Below the pieces are notes generated by a model, which made no database searches, was not told the DNA's origin, and saw only the letters and a program-made list of their open reading frames with translations. The translations under genes and the position numbers were made by a program. From an uncultured Spirochaetota bacterium (lineage in GTDB: Bacteria; Spirochaetota; Brevinematia; Brevinematales; JAOACQ01), in assembly GCA_963768055.1 (NCBI GenBank), contig CAVYGN010000002.1, positions 1,728,001 to 1,792,000 of the forward strand: a stretch of DNA of 64,000 nucleotides, given 5' to 3'. The first letter of the stretch is position 1, and every line of letters starts with the position of its first letter. Below, in pieces: positions 62,461 to 64,000 of the stretch.

Positions 62461-63165
62461 TTATTTTTTAAGCAATCTCAGTATGCCGTCGATAAAGGTG
62501 AGCGGGTGCGGAGGACATCCGGGTATATAAAGATCGATTTTGTTGCGATCGAAAAAATCTCTTTTTAATGCTGGTGAAGATGCGAAAATACCTCCGCTGA
62601 TTGCGCAAGTCCCGACGGCTATGATGATCCTGGGTTCAGGAACGGCTTTTAGCGTATCATCCAGGGCGGCGGACATATTTTCAGAAACAGGCCCTGTTAT
62701 GACAATCCCGTCGGCATGCCTGGGAGAAGCCGTGAATTCAATTCCATATCGTCCCATGTCGAAATTAGCGTTTGAACAGGCGGCAAGTTCCATCTCGCAG
62801 CCGTTGCAGCCTCCGGCCGAAACCTGCCTGAGTTTTAAGGAATTCCCGAAAATGCGTTTTATTTCTTTTCCGGAATCGGCCGATGCTGATGAGAAAGCGA
62901 ATTTATGTTCGCTGTTAAAACGTATTGATTTTTCAGGGCATTCCCTTTCGCAATCTCCGCAAAATACGCATTTTCCAAGGTCGATCCTAAGCGGGGCGAG
63001 TCCGATAGCGCCGGTAGGACAGACCTCTTCACAGATGCCGCACCTGCTGCAATTTTTATTATTTACAACCGGAAGGCCCCGGAATTTCTTGTCGATATGC
63101 GCCTTTCCCGGATCAGGAATATATTGACGGCCTTGATTCATTTTAATCCGAATAATATCAAACAT
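62461..63165 (-). CDS. Fused 2x4Fe-4S ferredoxin plus NuoB/HycG-like small subunit of a hydrogenase-related complex
   Basis: CSRCGICEEVCP, CVFCGDCERECP, AGGCNGCE, SPRHAD, GTCAISGG, PGCPPHP. Confidence 0.9.
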   Translation of the reverse strand: MFDIIRIKMNQGRQYIPDPGKAHIDKKFRGLPVVNNKNCSRCGICEEVCPTGAIGLAPLRIDLGKCVFCGDCERECPEKSIRFNSEHKFAFSSASADSGKEIKRIFGNSLKLRQVSAGGCNGCEMELAACSNANFDMGRYGIEFTASPRHADGIVITGPVSENMSAALDDTLKAVPEPRIIIAVGTCAISGGIFASSPALKRDFFDRNKIDLYIPGCPPHPLTFIDGILRLLKK

Positions 63166-63183
63166 TACTAACCCCTTCCCCAA

Positions 63184-64000
63184 TCATAGATCGAACCCGC
63201 AGTAGCTTAAATTAAAGCTCTTGTTGCAAAGCGGAAAATCCGAGATAGCGCCGTTTCTCATCGCCAGCGCAAGCCCATACCAGTTATTGAATGACGGGTC
63301 TTTGATTTTATAACGGAGAAAATTTCCGTCTTTGCCGGTTATCAACGAATGGGATACTTCTCCCCTCCAACCCTCGGTAAGCGATACTACAAGGCTGTCA
63401 GGTTTTATTTTTCTCACGGCAGTTTTGAGAGGTTTATATCCCGGAATGTTGTCAAGCTGTTCGATTATGTACTGGATGGACTGTTTAATCTCTACATAGC
63501 GAATATATGCCCTTGCGAATACGTCGCCGCTATTAAGGGTTATTTTATGAAACGGGAAATTCCGGTAAATTCCATAGGGATGGTCGGTCCGCACATCTAC
63601 CGGGACTCCCGATGCCCTTGCTGCCAGTCCTACCATGCCGATATCCCTGGCGATATCTTCAGATAGAACCCCTGTCTGCTCGAATCTGGATAAAACACCG
63701 GCGGAGGAAAACATGGCTTCAGCCATTAATCCTGTGTTCCTGTATATATCTTTCAGATTTTTTCTGATAACGGCCGTCGATTCCATATCAAGGTCAAAAA
63801 GGACCCCGCCCGGTCTGATAAACCCTCTTCCGAAACGGCTTCCACAAAGAGCCAGGGTAGTGTTTATTGCAAGCGTCCTTATCGTGCCGAAAAATGAGCT
63901 GCCCATAAGATACGCAACATCGTTTGCCAGGGCGGAAAGATCTCCGAGATGAACGGCTATTCTTTCAAGCTCAAGCGCGATAGCTCGGATAGACTGGGAT
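63184..64000 (-). CDS. NuoD/HycE-like large subunit (partial; 5' end outside the window)
   Basis: Open frame to the edge (ALELERIAVHLGD), GDVFAR, EGWRGE, KDPSFNNW, C-terminus DFPLCNKSFNLSYCGFDL. Confidence 0.9.
   Translation of the reverse strand, partial: SQSIRAIALELERIAVHLGDLSALANDVAYLMGSSFFGTIRTLAINTTLALCGSRFGRGFIRPGGVLFDLDMESTAVIRKNLKDIYRNTGLMAEAMFSSAGVLSRFEQTGVLSEDIARDIGMVGLAARASGVPVDVRTDHPYGIYRNFPFHKITLNSGDVFARAYIRYVEIKQSIQYIIEQLDNIPGYKPLKTAVRKIKPDSLVVSLTEGWRGEVSHSLITGKDGNFLRYKIKDPSFNNWYGLALAMRNGAISDFPLCNKSFNLSYCGFDL

Overview
Bacterial chromosomal window, mostly AT-rich. The protein style suggests a spirochaete-like organism, which is inference only. No rRNA, tRNA or CRISPR array was seen. 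From left to right: (1) a minus-strand lipid cluster made of a C45 Ntn-hydrolase, an LCAT-like hydrolase, an IS4 end fragment and a response regulator, followed by a tightly coupled operon of fatty acyl-AMP ligase, GNAT/alpha-oxoamine-synthase fusion, ACP with an Arg-rich tail and a V4R-type sensor kinase; (2) a complete Wsp-like chemosensory operon with no stand-alone CheY that ends in a REC-GAF-adenylate cyclase; (3) a lipoprotein, pirin, a CsgG-like protein and a GC-rich katG; (4) a run of small AT-rich accessory genes; (5) an intact IS1380 element with IRs and a TTTAA target duplication that interrupts a secreted PEGA-type gene; (6) a patatin plus DUF697 GTPase pair; (7) recCBD; (8) a membrane-bound LuxR regulator, then ankyrin protein, giant TonB/TolA-like protein, ExbB, ExbD and an ABC-2 exporter; (9) a PadR-flavodoxin cluster, a GIY-YIG gene, a deleted metallo-hydrolase pseudogene and the end of a hydrogenase-related (Ehr-like) operon. 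The best candidate for an undescribed system is the FAAL/GNAT-AOS/ACP/sensor-kinase operon, a putative sphingolipid-like or amino-ketone make-and-sense module. The TonB-like motor with a carbohydrate-binding tip and the cAMP-output chemosensory pathway come next. All family calls come from reading motifs by eye; no database searches were run.
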